From Nemertoderma westbladi (lineage: Eukaryota > Animalia > Xenacoelomorpha), in contig JAUCBJ010000637.1 in the NCBI GenBank assembly GCA_032718475.1, positions 1 to 39,313 of the forward strand: a stretch of 39,313 bases of DNA, written 5' to 3'. Position numbers and translations under genes: made by a program. Positions within the stretch are counted from its first letter, which is position 1, and each line of letters opens with the position of its first letter. The notes under the pieces are model-generated. The model was given only the letters and a program-made list of their open reading frames with translations, did no database searches and had not been told where the DNA came from. Positions 1 to 11,400 of the stretch are shown here, piece by piece.

Positions 1-104
1 ATGTATTTTATTTAATGTGATTTTGGAATTTTAACGTAAATCCGAATCGGATTCTTGTAAGTTGTGTGGAAATCTAAATAATAAACAATATATCACTTTA
101 AAGA

Positions 105-410
105 ATAACTTCCCGTAAGAGTTATAAGGATGTTTTTACTTATTAATAATCCTGAATTACGTGGCTTTCTAATGAGATATGAATCATAAAATTAGATTTA
201 AAACAACTCGAGTTATTAGCCGATATGTATCCGCTTTCCCTCACAAGAATTGCTATTCCCGGTCCCGTAAACTGCCACCGCGATCCCATTACGTGGCCAT
301 TTTATACACAATCTCTTTAAATAATATCTTCTCATAAGTATTATAAAGATTTTTTTACATATTAATAATCCTGAATAACGTAGCTTTCAAATGAACTATT
401 AATCATTGAA
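105..410. repeat. Two diverged direct copies (~95 bp, ~220 bp apart) of an AT-rich motif, probably a non-autonomous transposon fragment
   Basis: ~105-190 (ttataaggatgtttttacttattaataatcctgaattacgtggctttctaatga) closely matches ~322-410 (ttataaagatttttttacatattaataatcctgaataacgtagctttcaaatga). It lies left of the adapter junction. The transposon origin is inference. Confidence 0.5.
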
Positions 411-777
411 TTCCGTTCATTATAACGCGACTTACAAACGGTTTAAAACCCAACAGTAAGAATATTGTTCTTCAATTCATTATTTTTGCAATTAAATAAA
501 TAATCCATTTGGCCTGGAATGTAACTTCAACCAATGAGAGGCCTAGGATTCCCGTTACAAAGGATCTCTATGGGACAGCGGCTCCTTCAATACATTTAGT
601 ATAGGAGGGCGGCTAAAGTCGAGAATTAATCTTATTAATAATATCAACATTAAGTTGTATTGGCGAAATTCAATACATTCTAATTCGCTTCCTATAATAT
701 ATTGTTGTTCTTTTTGTATAGCGGCTCTTTTAATAAAACTATTTAAAGTTCAGTTAATAATTATAGCGCAGCCGTTT

Positions 778-830
778 AGTACTCTGCGTTGATACCACTG
801 CTTTAAGCAGTGGTATCAACGCAGAGTACT
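778..830. other. Library adapter contamination: head-to-head SMART / PacBio low-input amplification adapter pair
   Basis: 805-830 is AAGCAGTGGTATCAACGCAGAGTACT and 778-803 is its exact reverse complement, separated by a single T. This is the well-known SMART PCR primer sequence. Confidence 0.97.
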
Positions 831-1655
831 GGTACGCGTTGATGTACCCGTTGATGTACGCGTTAATGTACGCGTTGAGGTACGCGTTGAGGTACGAGTT
901 GAGGTACGCGTTGAGGTACGCGTTGATGTACCCGTTGATGTACGCGTTGAGGTACGCGTTGAGGTACGCGTTGATGTTCGCGTTGATGTACGCGTTAATG
1001 TACGCGTTGAGGTACGCGTTGATGTTCGCGTTGATGTACGCGTTAATGTACGCGTTGAGGTACGCGTTGATGTACGCGTTGAGGTACGCGTTGATGTACC
1101 CGTTGATGTACGCGTTGAGGTACGCGTTGATGTACGCGTTGAGGTACGCGTTGATGTTCGCGTTGATGTACGCGTTAATGTACGCGTTGAGGTACGCGTT
1201 GAGGTACGAGTTGAGGTACGCGTTGAGGTACGCGTTGATGTACCCGTTGATGTACGCGTTGAGGTACGCGTTGAGGTACGCGTTGATGTTCGCGTTGATG
1301 TACGCGTTAATGTACGCGTTGAGGTACGCGTTGATGTTCGCGTTGATGTACGCGTTAATGTACGCGTTGAGGTACGCGTTGATGTACGCGTTGAGGTACG
1401 CGTTGATGTTCGCGTTGATGTACGCGTTAATGTACGCGTTGAGGTACGCGTTGAGGTACGAGTTGAGGTACGCGTTGAGGTACGCGTTGATGTACCCGTT
1501 GATGTACGCGTTGAGGTACGCGTTGATGTTCGCGTTGATGTACGCGTTAATGTACGCGTTGATGTACGCGTTGATGTACGCGTTGATGTACGCGTTAATG
1601 TACGCGTTGAGGCACGCGTTGATGTACGCGTTGATGTACGCGTTGAGGTACGCGT
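831..1655. repeat. 12-bp minisatellite (GTACGCGTTGA[T/G])n, ~69 copies
   Basis: Directly visible periodicity with recurring variants (gtaccc, gttcgc, ttaatg, gtacga). The left end is cut by the adapter. Confidence 0.95.
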
Positions 1656-1676
1656 ACATCGTACATACGCGTACAT

Positions 1677-4057
1677 AGAACACCTGCCATCTGTTTCTAT
1701 GGATAGAAAGTGACATTTTGAGAAGTTCAATTTCATGTTGTGTTTCTCGAGGAAGCAGCTCGATAATTGCAGCATTTCCTGTAAATCTGATTTAAGTGTA
1801 GCAAGCAGCAGTACATCATCTGCATATGTTAAAATGGCAAAAGATTCCCTTGCTATGTGAACTCCTAGGCCGCTCTCCACTATTTCAGTAATTAAATCCG
1901 TCATGTAATAGTTGAATAGTAGTGGGGATAGGACTCCACCTTGTCGCACACCTTGACACAAGGCAATCGGCTCTGCATAACAATATCCATTACAATTCAA
2001 ATATGCGACCGAATTTCTATAGTATGTCTCTATAGCATCAACAATGTTGCCATTTAATTTTGACTGTCTCAGTTTGTCAAAAAGCATAGTGTAGCTAACT
2101 TTATCGAATGCAGCCGACATATCAAGAGATAAGGCATATATTTTTGAGTTTTTCTTGTTAAACTTTCGAATTAGCTGGGATGCCAATAAATAAGCAGTTT
2201 CACTGCCTATGCCTTTTCTATAACCAAGCTGGAGTTCATTTAGAGTCAGACATTCAAGCTCTTTAATGATAGTTCGCTCCCATAATTTTGCCAAAACAGT
2301 GATAATACTTATATTTCGAAATCGTGTTGAATTTTGTATTACAGAGTTCTTCTTGGCTGGTTTAGGAACAGGAAATATTATACTAGTTGAGAAGGAAAGA
2401 GGGGTTTTCCCTTTGCGGTTAATCTCATTGAAAATATCTGCAATGAAACCCGTAAGTGTATCGGATAGGCCATAAAATAAAGATTCTGAGATGATATTGT
2501 TGATATCAGCTGCCTTCTGCCGGTTAAGGTCCTTTATATTGGATTCAATTTCTGTTGGGGTTATATTATTTGGGTTTGTCTTCGTTGAACAGTCATCTTT
2601 GACTGTCTTCCCCAGCTCGGGCTTTGAATTACTACATGTGGGATCAGGTGTATGAAGTGATGGATCTTCATTGTGTTGCATACAGTTGTTGAATTGTGTT
2701 TTAACTTCGTGATATAGTAATGTAGGATTTGGAACAATGAAGTTGTCTTTTACTGGCTTAATATTTTTCCAGAAAAGTTTCGGATCATGCCTGTTTGTTG
2801 CAATAATATCTCTTATATGTTGTTGATAGTCTTGGTAGTCTTTTGAGTAATTTGTGCTACGTTTTCCAGTCACCTTTAAGTTTTTGCGATATTTCAAATG
2901 AGTTTTTGGTTTCCAGTAAAATCTAGGAATATTGTTTTTGGATGCTTCGTTTATAGTATTTGTTAGGATATTCACTTTCTCATCTAAAGTTACATTGTGA
3001 TTTACAGATTCAAGCTTTCCTCGGATTTCCTCTCTGTAAGCAACCTTCTGTACATTTGTTGCCTTTTTGAAATCAAATTTAGTTTGTTTAATTCGAGATC
3101 GTAGTAGATTGTCTTCCACTTGGAGAGTCTTTTTATATTGGAGGAGTATCTTTACTGGCCTATGATCAGAGAGGTTTTTCTCATCATGTTCTAGTACAAG
3201 TGACTCTCGGATATTTTCATACATTTCATTTCCAACTAATATGTGATCAATGTAACTCTCACGAATGATATCTCCAAATTTGTTATTGAAGGTGTATGTA
3301 GACATTGGACCAGATGCCTTTATACACATGTCAGCAACTGTAAAGTCATAATTTCTCAATATGACATTGTTAAAAATATGTCCAAAATGTGAATAACTTC
3401 TAGATCCTCTGGGATGAAAAATATCTGCTTTAAGTGACCCATTAATATCACCTCCTATGATTATACCCAAACCAGCTGCCTGACATTCTTCAATGACAGT
3501 AGCCAGGTGAGTAGTGGTAAGAAAATAATTATTTTTATCTTCAGGTCTGTTGCAATCTGAAGGGAGATATATATTGATTATTGCCAAGTCTCTATCAAAA
3601 GCTCCAGCAATTCTAATACCAGTTAAACGTTCAGAGTTTAAGTTTAAAGGACTGCAAAATACTTGTAGGTTATTTTTTATATATATAACCGTTCCCCCTT
3701 CTCCCCGTATCCGCCGCTTGGGTTTAAGCATCTCTGACGAGATTGTGTAATCAACACATGTATATTCTTTATGTAGAGACTGTCTCTTGAAGAAAAAGTC
3801 AGCTTGTCTAGGCCCAAGCCAGTGTTCTTGTAACATCAGAACATCTGGTTTCTCAGTATTCAATCTTTGTATGATATATGATTTATTTCTGATAAAACCC
3901 TTGCAATTAAAAGTTTCTATTTTTAAGAATCCAGTACTAGATTTAGTTTCATATTTATGAGCATGTAAAACTTGACCTTCATTCACTACTGCACAGTATT
4001 TTGAAGTCTGCTTAAAACCACTGCCTTGGTTGTGGCTTTGGATAATTGTTGGTTTAA
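1677..4057 (-). mobile_element. Non-LTR retrotransposon (LINE) ORF2 segment: APE endonuclease plus reverse transcriptase, truncated at both ends
   Basis: ORF 816-3986(-) has APE motifs TFNCKG, LQEHWL, GGTVIYIK, INIYLP, GGDING, YIDHILV, LSDHRPV and RT motifs FRNISI, QLGYRKG, LDMSAAFDKV, GVRQGGVLSPLLF, YADDVLL, LNFSKC. RT similarity stops shortly after LNFSKC. The frame is also open upstream of the GTG at 3986 to the 4058 repeat, with no ATG. Clade not assigned. Confidence 0.93.
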
Positions 4058-4155
4058 GTTGATGTACGCGTTGATGTTCGCGTTGATGGACGCGTTGAGG
4101 TACGCGTTGAGGTACGCGTTGATGTACGCGTTGATGTACGCGTTAATGTACGCGT
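4058..4155. repeat. Second block of the same 12-bp minisatellite, ~8 copies
   Basis: Same unit, orientation and variants (gttcgc, gaggta, ttaatg) as 831-1655. Confidence 0.93.
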
Positions 4156-4471
4156 CGAGTTACAAGTTGAGTGATATTAATATTTCATTTGGATGGGTCC
4201 AGTTCTAACTTAATTTTCATCATTATTATAATTTACGTTTATGTATATTGTTTTCATAAAAAACTAACAAAATAGTCGAAGATGTGAGATATATTTTCTT
4301 GTGCGAAAGTATATCATAATATGTGAGATATATATTATCTTATTTGAAAGTGAATTACGTATGTGAGATATCTTAAATGTGTGAAATGTGTGAGATATAT
4401 GATCTTATTTTATAATTTATTATTAGTGTTTGGCTAGCAATTACAGTTTACTCCAACAAACTAAAAAATAG

Positions 4472-4700
4472 CAAAACACATACTTTCTGCACCAAGTAAT
4501 TTACTCATTTACCAAATAGCATACAAGCGGACCAAAAAAATAAATCTGGCCAAAAAAATAATAAAAGAACAAAACACATACTTTCTGCACCAAGTAATTT
4601 ACTCATTTACCAAATAGCATACAAGCGGACCAAAAAAATAAATCTGGCCAAAAAAATAATAAAAGAACAAAACACATACTTTTCGTACCAAATAATTTAC
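4472..4700. repeat. 98-bp tandem duplication, ~2.3 copies
   Basis: caaaacacatactt recurs at 4472, 4570 and 4668. The first two units are essentially identical. Confidence 0.9.
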
Positions 4701-5151
4701 TTGTTGACCAAAAAAATACATCCTAACTAATGTTATAAATTCGACCCAAAAATTAAACATCTGCCCCAAAACATTTACTATACACTAAAACACAAAGTAA
4801 ACAACAATAGCCAGATATTTGATATTTTTTTTCCATAGAGTCTGCTTTTTCTAACCAAAACTATAAACGATGTTGATACCAATAGAGAGAAAGGAGCAGG
4901 TTGCAAAGACGGCTTTTTCTAACCAAAAGAATAAACGATGTTGTTAACAATATCGAATATAAAATTATATAAAAATACTTTGGGGCGAATATGAATAATT
5001 TGGTGCGAAAAGTATGTAATCTGGGAAAGAAATAATTTGTGGTTTAAGTGTCTATGTTTAAGTGTGTTTTGTAAGTTTAAGTTGTCTCAACTAATATATT
5101 TTTATTATATTAATTGTTTAATCACAAAAGTATTTGGTATTGATCCTGTAG

Positions 5152-5407
5152 AGACGGGATGAGTTGAGACGCGAGATCGGTGAAACAATCGAACAAGCAA
5201 CGAATTCCTACGATTCTCGTGATGAAGCCCAAAATAAAATGCTACTTCTAAAGGAGAAAGCGGACAAAGATAGACAACAGCACGAAGCTGAGATCAAGGA
5301 GCTCCAAAGAATTATCGACCACGATAGGAAACTCAAGGAGTTTATGACCATAAAGGGGCAGGAGAGGGCCGAGGATGAAAGTGTACTTCAAGCAAGGAAG
5401 AAGAGAG
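5152..5407 (+). CDS. ODAD1: ODAD1/CCDC114/CCDC63-family outer dynein arm docking complex subunit, internal exon A (first exon visible; N-terminal exons absent)
   Basis: Acceptor ctgtag at 5151. Encodes RRDELRREIGETIEQATNSYDSRDEAQNKMLLLKEKADKDRQQHEAEIKELQRIIDHDRKLKEFMTIKGQER, a recognisable ODA-DC2 coiled coil. Donor GAG|gtaggt is phase 1. The exact acceptor is slightly uncertain. The symbol is a family-level call; CCDC63 is the vertebrate paralog. Confidence 0.85.
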
Positions 5408-8400
5408 GTAGGTCAGCTTAATGAAGGAAGGAGGGGAGTAGGTCAGCTTAATGAAGGAAGGAGGGGAGTAGGTCAGCTTAATGAAGGAAGGAGGGGAGTA
5501 GGTCAGCTTAATGAAGGAAGGAGGGGAGTGGGTCGGCTTAATGAAGGGGGGAGGGGACTAGGTCGGCTTAATGAAGGAAGGAGGGGAGTAGGTCAGCTTA
5601 ATGAAGGAAGGAGGGGAGTAGGTCGGCTTAATGAAGGAAGGAGGGGAGTAGGTCGGCTTAATGCAGGAAGGAGGGGAGTAGGTCGGCGTAATGAAGGAAG
5701 GAGGGGAGTAGGTCGGCTTAATGAAGGAAGGAGGGGAGTAGGTCGGCTTAATGAAGGAAGGAGGGGAGTAGGTCGGCTTAATGAAGGAAGGAGGGGAGTA
5801 GGTCGGCTTAATGAAGGAAGGAGGGGAGTAGGTCGGCTTAATGAAGGAAGGAGGGGAGTAGGTCAGCTTAATGAAGGAAGGAGGGGAGTAGGTCGGCTTA
5901 ATGAAGGAAGGAGGGGAGTAGGTCGGCTTAATGAAGGAAGGAGGGGAGTAGGTCGGCTTAATGAAGGAAGGAGGGGAGTAGGTCGGCTTAATGAAGGAAG
6001 GAGGGGAGTAGGTCGGCTTAATGAAGGAAGGAGGGGAGTAGGTCGGCTTAATGAAGGAAGGAGGGGAGTAGGTCAGCTTAATGAAGGAAGGAGGGGAGTA
6101 GGTCGGCTTAATGAAGGAAGGAGGGGAGTAGGTCGGCTTAATGAAGGAAGGAGGGGAGTAGGTCGGCTTAATGAAGGAAGGAGGGGAGTAGGTCGGCTTA
6201 ATGAAGGAAGGAGGGGAGTAGGTCGGCTTAATGAAGGAAGGAGGGGAGTAGGTCGGCTTAATGAAGGAAGGAGGGGAGTAGGTCGGCTTAATGAAGGAAG
6301 GAGGGGAGTAGGTCGGCTTAATGAAGGAAGGAGGGGAGTAGGTCGGCTTAATGAAGGAAGGAGGGGAGTAGGTCGGCTTAATGAAGGAAGGAGGGGAGTA
6401 GGTCGGCTTAATGAAGGAAGGAGGGGAGTAGGTCGGCTTAATGAAGGAAGGAGGGGAGTAGGTCGGCTTAATGAAGGAAGGAGGGGAGTAGGTCGGCTTA
6501 ATGAAGGAAGGAGGGGAGTAGGTCGGCTTAATGAAGGAAGGAGGGGAGTAGGTCGGCTTAATGAAGGAAGGAGGGGAGTAGGTCGGCTTAATGAAGGAAG
6601 GAGGGGAGTAGGTCGGCTTAATGAAGGAAGGAGGGGAGTAGGTCGGCTTAATGAAGGAAGGAGGGGAGTAGGTCGGCTTAATGAAGGAAGGAGGGGAGTA
6701 GGTCGGCTTAATGAAGGAAGGAGGGGAGTAGGTCGGCTTAATGAAGGAAGGAGGGGAGTAGGTCGGCTTAATGAAGGAAGGAGGGGAGTAGGTCGGCTTA
6801 ATGAAGGAAGGAGGGGAGTAGGTCGGCTTAATGAAGGAAGGAGGGGAGTAGGTCAGCTTAATGAAGGAAGGAGGGGAGTAGGTCGGCTTAATGAAGGAAG
6901 GAGGGGAGTAGGTCGGCTTAATGAAGGAAGGAGGGGAGTAGGTCGGCTTAATGAAGGAAGGAGGGGAGTAGGTCGGCTTAATGAAGGAAGGAGGGGAGTA
7001 GGTCGGCTTAATGAAGGAAGGAGGGGAGTAGGTCGGCTTAATGAAGGAAGGAGGGGAGTAGGTCGGCTTAATGAAGGAAGGAGGGGAGTAGGTCGGCTTA
7101 ATGAAGGAAGGAGGGGAGTAGGTCGGCTTAATGAAGGAAGGAGGGGAGTAGGTCGGCTTAATGAAGGAAGGAGGGGAGTAGGTCGGCTTAATGAAGGAAG
7201 GAGGGGAGTAGGTCGGCTTAATGAAGGAAGGAGGGGAGTAGGTCGGCTTAATGAAGGAAGGAGGGGAGTAGGTCGGCTTAATGAAGGAAGGAGGGGAGTA
7301 GGTCGGCTTAATGAAGGAAGGAGGGGAGTAGGTCGGCTTAATGAAGGAAGGAGGGGAGTAGGTCGGCTTAATGAAGGAAGGAGGGGAGTAGGTCGGCTTA
7401 ATGAAGGAAGGAGGGGAGTAGGTCGGCTTAATGAAGGAAGGAGGGGAGTAGGTCGGCTTAATGAAGGAAGGAGGGGAGTAGGTCGGCTTAATGAAGGAAG
7501 GAGGGGAGTAGGTCGGCTTAATGAAGGAAGGAGGGGAGTAGGTCGGCTTAATGAAGGAAGGAGGGGAGTAGGTCGGCTTAATGAAGGAAGGAGGGGAGTA
7601 GGTCGGCTTAATGAAGGAAGGAGGGGAGTAGGTCGGCTTAATGAAGGAAGGAGGGGAGTAGGTCGGCTTAATGAAGGAAGGAGGGGAGTAGGTCGGCTTA
7701 ATGAAGGAAGGAGGGGAGTAGGTCGGCTTAATGAAGGAAGGAGGGGAGTAGGTCGGCTTAATGAAGGAAGGAGGGGAGTAGGTCGGCTTAATGAAGGAAG
7801 GAGGGGAGTAGGTCGGCTTAATGAAGGAAGGAGGGGAGTAGGTCGGCTTAATGAAGGAAGGAGGGGAGTAGGTCGGCTTAATGAAGGAAGGAGGGGAGTA
7901 GGTCGGCTTAATGAAGGAAGGAGGGGAGTAGGTCGGCTTAATGAAGGAAGGAGGGGAGTAGGTCGGCTTAATGAAGGAAGGAGGGGAGTAGGTCGGCTTA
8001 ATGAAGGAAGGAGGGGAGTAGGTCGGCTTAATGAAGGAAGGAGGGGAGTAGGTCGGCTTAATGAAGGAAGGAGGGGAGTAGGTCGGCTTAATGAAGGAAG
8101 GAGGGGAGTAGGTCGGCTTAATGAAGGAAGGAGGGGAGTAGGTCGGCTTAATGAAGGAAGGAGGGGAGTAGGTCGGCTTAATGAAGGAAGGAGGGGAGTA
8201 GGTCGGCTTAATGAAGGAAGGAGGGGAGTAGGTCGGCTTAATGAAGGAAGGAGGGGAGTAGGTCGGCTTAATGAAGGAAGGAGGGGAGTAGGTCGGCTTA
8301 ATGAAGGAAGGAGGGGAGTAGGTCGGCTTAATGAAGGAAGGAGGGGAGTAGGTCGGCTTAATGAAGGAAGGAGGGGAGTAGGTCGGCTTAATGAAGGAAG

Positions 8401-11400
8401 GAGGGGAGTAGGTCGGCTTAATGAAGGAAGGAGGGGAGTAGGTCGGCTTAATGAAGGAAGGAGGGGAGTAGGTCGGCTTAATGAAGGAAGGAGGGGAGTA
8501 GGTCGGCTTAATGAAGGAAGGAGGGGAGTAGGTCGGCTTAATGAAGGAAGGAGGGGAGTAGGTCGGCTTAATGAAGGAAGGAGGGGAGTAGGTCGGCTTA
8601 ATGAAGGAAGGAGGGGAGTAGGTCGGCTTAATGAAGGAAGGAGGGGAGTAGGTCGGCTTAATGAAGGAAGGAGGGGAGTAGGTCGGCTTAATGAAGGAAG
8701 GAGGGGAGTAGGTCGGCTTAATGAAGGAAGGAGGGGAGTAGGTCGGCTTAATGAAGGAAGGAGGGGAGTAGGTCGGCTTAATGAAGGAAGGAGGGGAGTA
8801 GGTCGGCTTAATGAAGGAAGGAGGGGAGTAGGTCGGCTTAATGAAGGAAGGAGGGGAGTAGGTCGGCTTAATGAAGGAAGGAGGGGAGTAGGTCGGCTTA
8901 ATGAAGGAAGGAGGGGAGTAGGTCGGCTTAATGAAGGAAGGAGGGGAGTAGGTCGGCTTAATGAAGGAAGGAGGGGAGTAGGTCGGCTTAATGAAGGAAG
9001 GAGGGGAGTAGGTCGGCTTAATGAAGGAAGGAGGGGAGTAGGTCGGCTTAATGAAGGAAGGAGGGGAGTAGGTCGGCTTAATGAAGGAAGGAGGGGAGTA
9101 GGTCGGCTTAATGAAGGAAGGAGGGGAGTAGGTCGGCTTAATGAAGGAAGGAGGGGAGTAGGTCGGCTTAATGAAGGAAGGAGGGGAGTAGGTCGGCTTA
9201 ATGAAGGAAGGAGGGGAGTAGGTCGGCTTAATGAAGGAAGGAGGGGAGTAGGTCGGCTTAATGAAGGAAGGAGGGGAGTAGGTCGGCTTAATGAAGGAAG
9301 GAGGGGAGTAGGTCGGCTTAATGAAGGAAGGAGGGGAGTAGGTCGGCTTAATGAAGGAAGGAGGGGAGTAGGTCGGCTTAATGAAGGAAGGAGGGGAGTA
9401 GGTCGGCTTAATGAAGGAAGGAGGGGAGTAGGTCGGCTTAATGAAGGAAGGAGGGGAGTAGGTCGGCTTAATGAAGGAAGGAGGGGAGTAGGTCGGCTTA
9501 ATGAAGGAAGGAGGGGAGTAGGTCGGCTTAATGAAGGAAGGAGGGGAGTAGGTCGGCTTAATGAAGGAAGGAGGGGAGTAGGTCGGCTTAATGAAGGAAG
9601 GAGGGGAGTAGGTCGGCTTAATGAAGGAAGGAGGGGAGTAGATCGGCTTAATGAAGGAAGGAGGGGAGTAGGTCGGCTTAATGAAGGAAGGAGGGGAGTA
9701 GGTCGGCTTAATGAAGGAAGGAGGGGAGTAGGTCGGCTTAATGAAGGAAGGAGGGGAGTAGGTCGGCTTAATGAAGGAAGGAGGGGAGTAGGTCGGCTTA
9801 ATGAAGGAAGGAGGGGAGTAGGTCGGCTTAATGAAGGAAGGAGGGGAGTAGGTCGGCTTAATGAAGGAAGGAGGGGAGTAGGTCGGCTTAATGAAGGAAG
9901 GAGGGGAGTAGGTCGGCTTAATGAAGGAAGGAGGGGAGTAGGTCGGCTTAATGAAGGAAGGAGGGGAGTAGGTCGGCTTAATGAAGGAAGGAGGGGAGTA
10001 GGTCGGCTTAATGAAGGAAGGAGGGGAGTAGGTCGGCTTAATGAAGGAAGGAGGGGAGTAGGTCGGCTTAATGAAGGAAGGAGGGGAGTAGGTCGGCTTA
10101 ATGAAGGAAGGAGGGGAGTAGGTCGGCTTAATGAAGGAAGGAGGGGAGTAGGTCGGCTTAATGAAGGAAGGAGGGGAGTAGGTCGGCTTAATGAAGGAAG
10201 GAGGGGAGTAGGTCGGCTTAATGAAGGAAGGAGGGGAGTAGGTCGGCTTAATGAAGGAAGGAGGGGAGTAGGTCGGCTTAATGAAGGAAGGAGGGGAGTA
10301 GGTCGGCTTAATGAAGGAAGGAGGGGAGTAGGTCGGCTTAATGAAGGAAGGAGGGGAGTAGGTCGGCTTAATGAAGGAAGGAGGGGAGTAGGTCGGCTTA
10401 ATGAAGGAAGGAGGGGAGTAGGTCGGCTTAATGAAGGAAGGAGGGGAGTAGGTCGGCTTAATGAAGGAAGGAGGGGAGTAGGTCGGCTTAATGAAGGAAG
10501 GAGGGGAGTAGGTCGGCTTAATGAAGGAAGGAGGGGAGTAGGTCGGCTTAATGAAGGAAGGAGGGGAGTAGGTCGGCTTAATGAAGGAAGGAGGGGAGTA
10601 GGTCGGCTTAATGAAGGAAGGAGGGGAGTAGGTCGGCTTAATGAAGGAAGGAGGGGAGTAGGTCGGCTTAATGAAGGAAGGAGGGGAGTAGGTCGGCTTA
10701 ATGAAGGAAGGAGGGGAGTAGGTCGGCTTAATGAAGGAAGGAGGGGAGTAGGTCGGCTTAATGAAGGAAGGAGGGGAGTAGGTCGGCTTAATGAAGGAAG
10801 GAGGGGAGTAGGTCGGCTTAATGAAGGAAGGAGGGGAGTAGGTCGGCTTAATGAAGGAAGGAGGGGAGTAGGTCGGCTTAATGAAGGAAGGAGGGGAGTA
10901 GGTCGGCTTAATGAAGGAAGGAGGGGAGTAGGTCGGCTTAATGAAGGAAGGAGGGGAGTAGGTCGGCTTAATGAAGGAAGGAGGGGAGTAGGTCGGCTTA
11001 ATGGAGGAAGGAGGGGAGTAGGTCGGCTTAATGAAGGAAGGAGGGGAGTAGGTCGGCTTAATGGAGGGAGGAGGGGAGTAGGTCGGCTTAATGAAGGAAG
11101 GAGGGGAGTAGGTCGGCTTAATGAAGGAAGGAGGGGAGTAGGTCGGCTTAATGAAGGAAGAAGGGGAGTAGGTCGGCTTAATGAAGGAAGGAGGGGAGTA
11201 GGTCGGCTTAATGGAGGGAGGAGGGGAGTAGGTCGGCTTAATGGAGGAAGGAGGGGAGTAGGTCGGCTTAATGAAGGAAGGAGGGGAGTAGGTCGGCTTA
11301 ATGAAGGAAGGAGGGGAGTAGGTCGGCTTAATGAAGGAAGGAGGGGAGTAGGTCGGCTTAATGAAGGAAGGAGGGGAGTAGGTCGGCTTAATGAAGGAAG

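Noticed and set aside
778-830. Long perfect hairpin as terminator, origin or transposon end
   Set aside because: It is an exact match to a synthetic library adapter.
831-1655. 12-mer as an adapter-derived concatemer (GTACGCGTTGAT resembles adapter GTACtctGCGTTGAT)
   Set aside because: The same repeat with the same variants occurs at 4058-4155 in genomic context and shows ordered variant blocks. The resemblance is probably coincidental, though PCR-free reads would settle it.
754-1716. ORFs (NAYI/L)n on minus and (YALM/R)n on plus (839-1678)
   Set aside because: They are translations of the 12-bp minisatellite, and the minus-strand one also runs through synthetic adapter sequence.
816-4155. 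Telomerase-like, retron or defence-RT system synthesising the neighbouring repeats
   Set aside because: The RT is a standard APE-type LINE enzyme lacking its C-terminus. No template RNA or accessory gene is evident, and the other arrays derive from host sequence.
4839-4899. Possible extra ODAD1 exon (ccatag ... gcag|gttgca)
   Set aside because: No family similarity, a weak donor, a phase mismatch with exon A in the open frame read, and the segment is locally duplicated at ~4912-4943.
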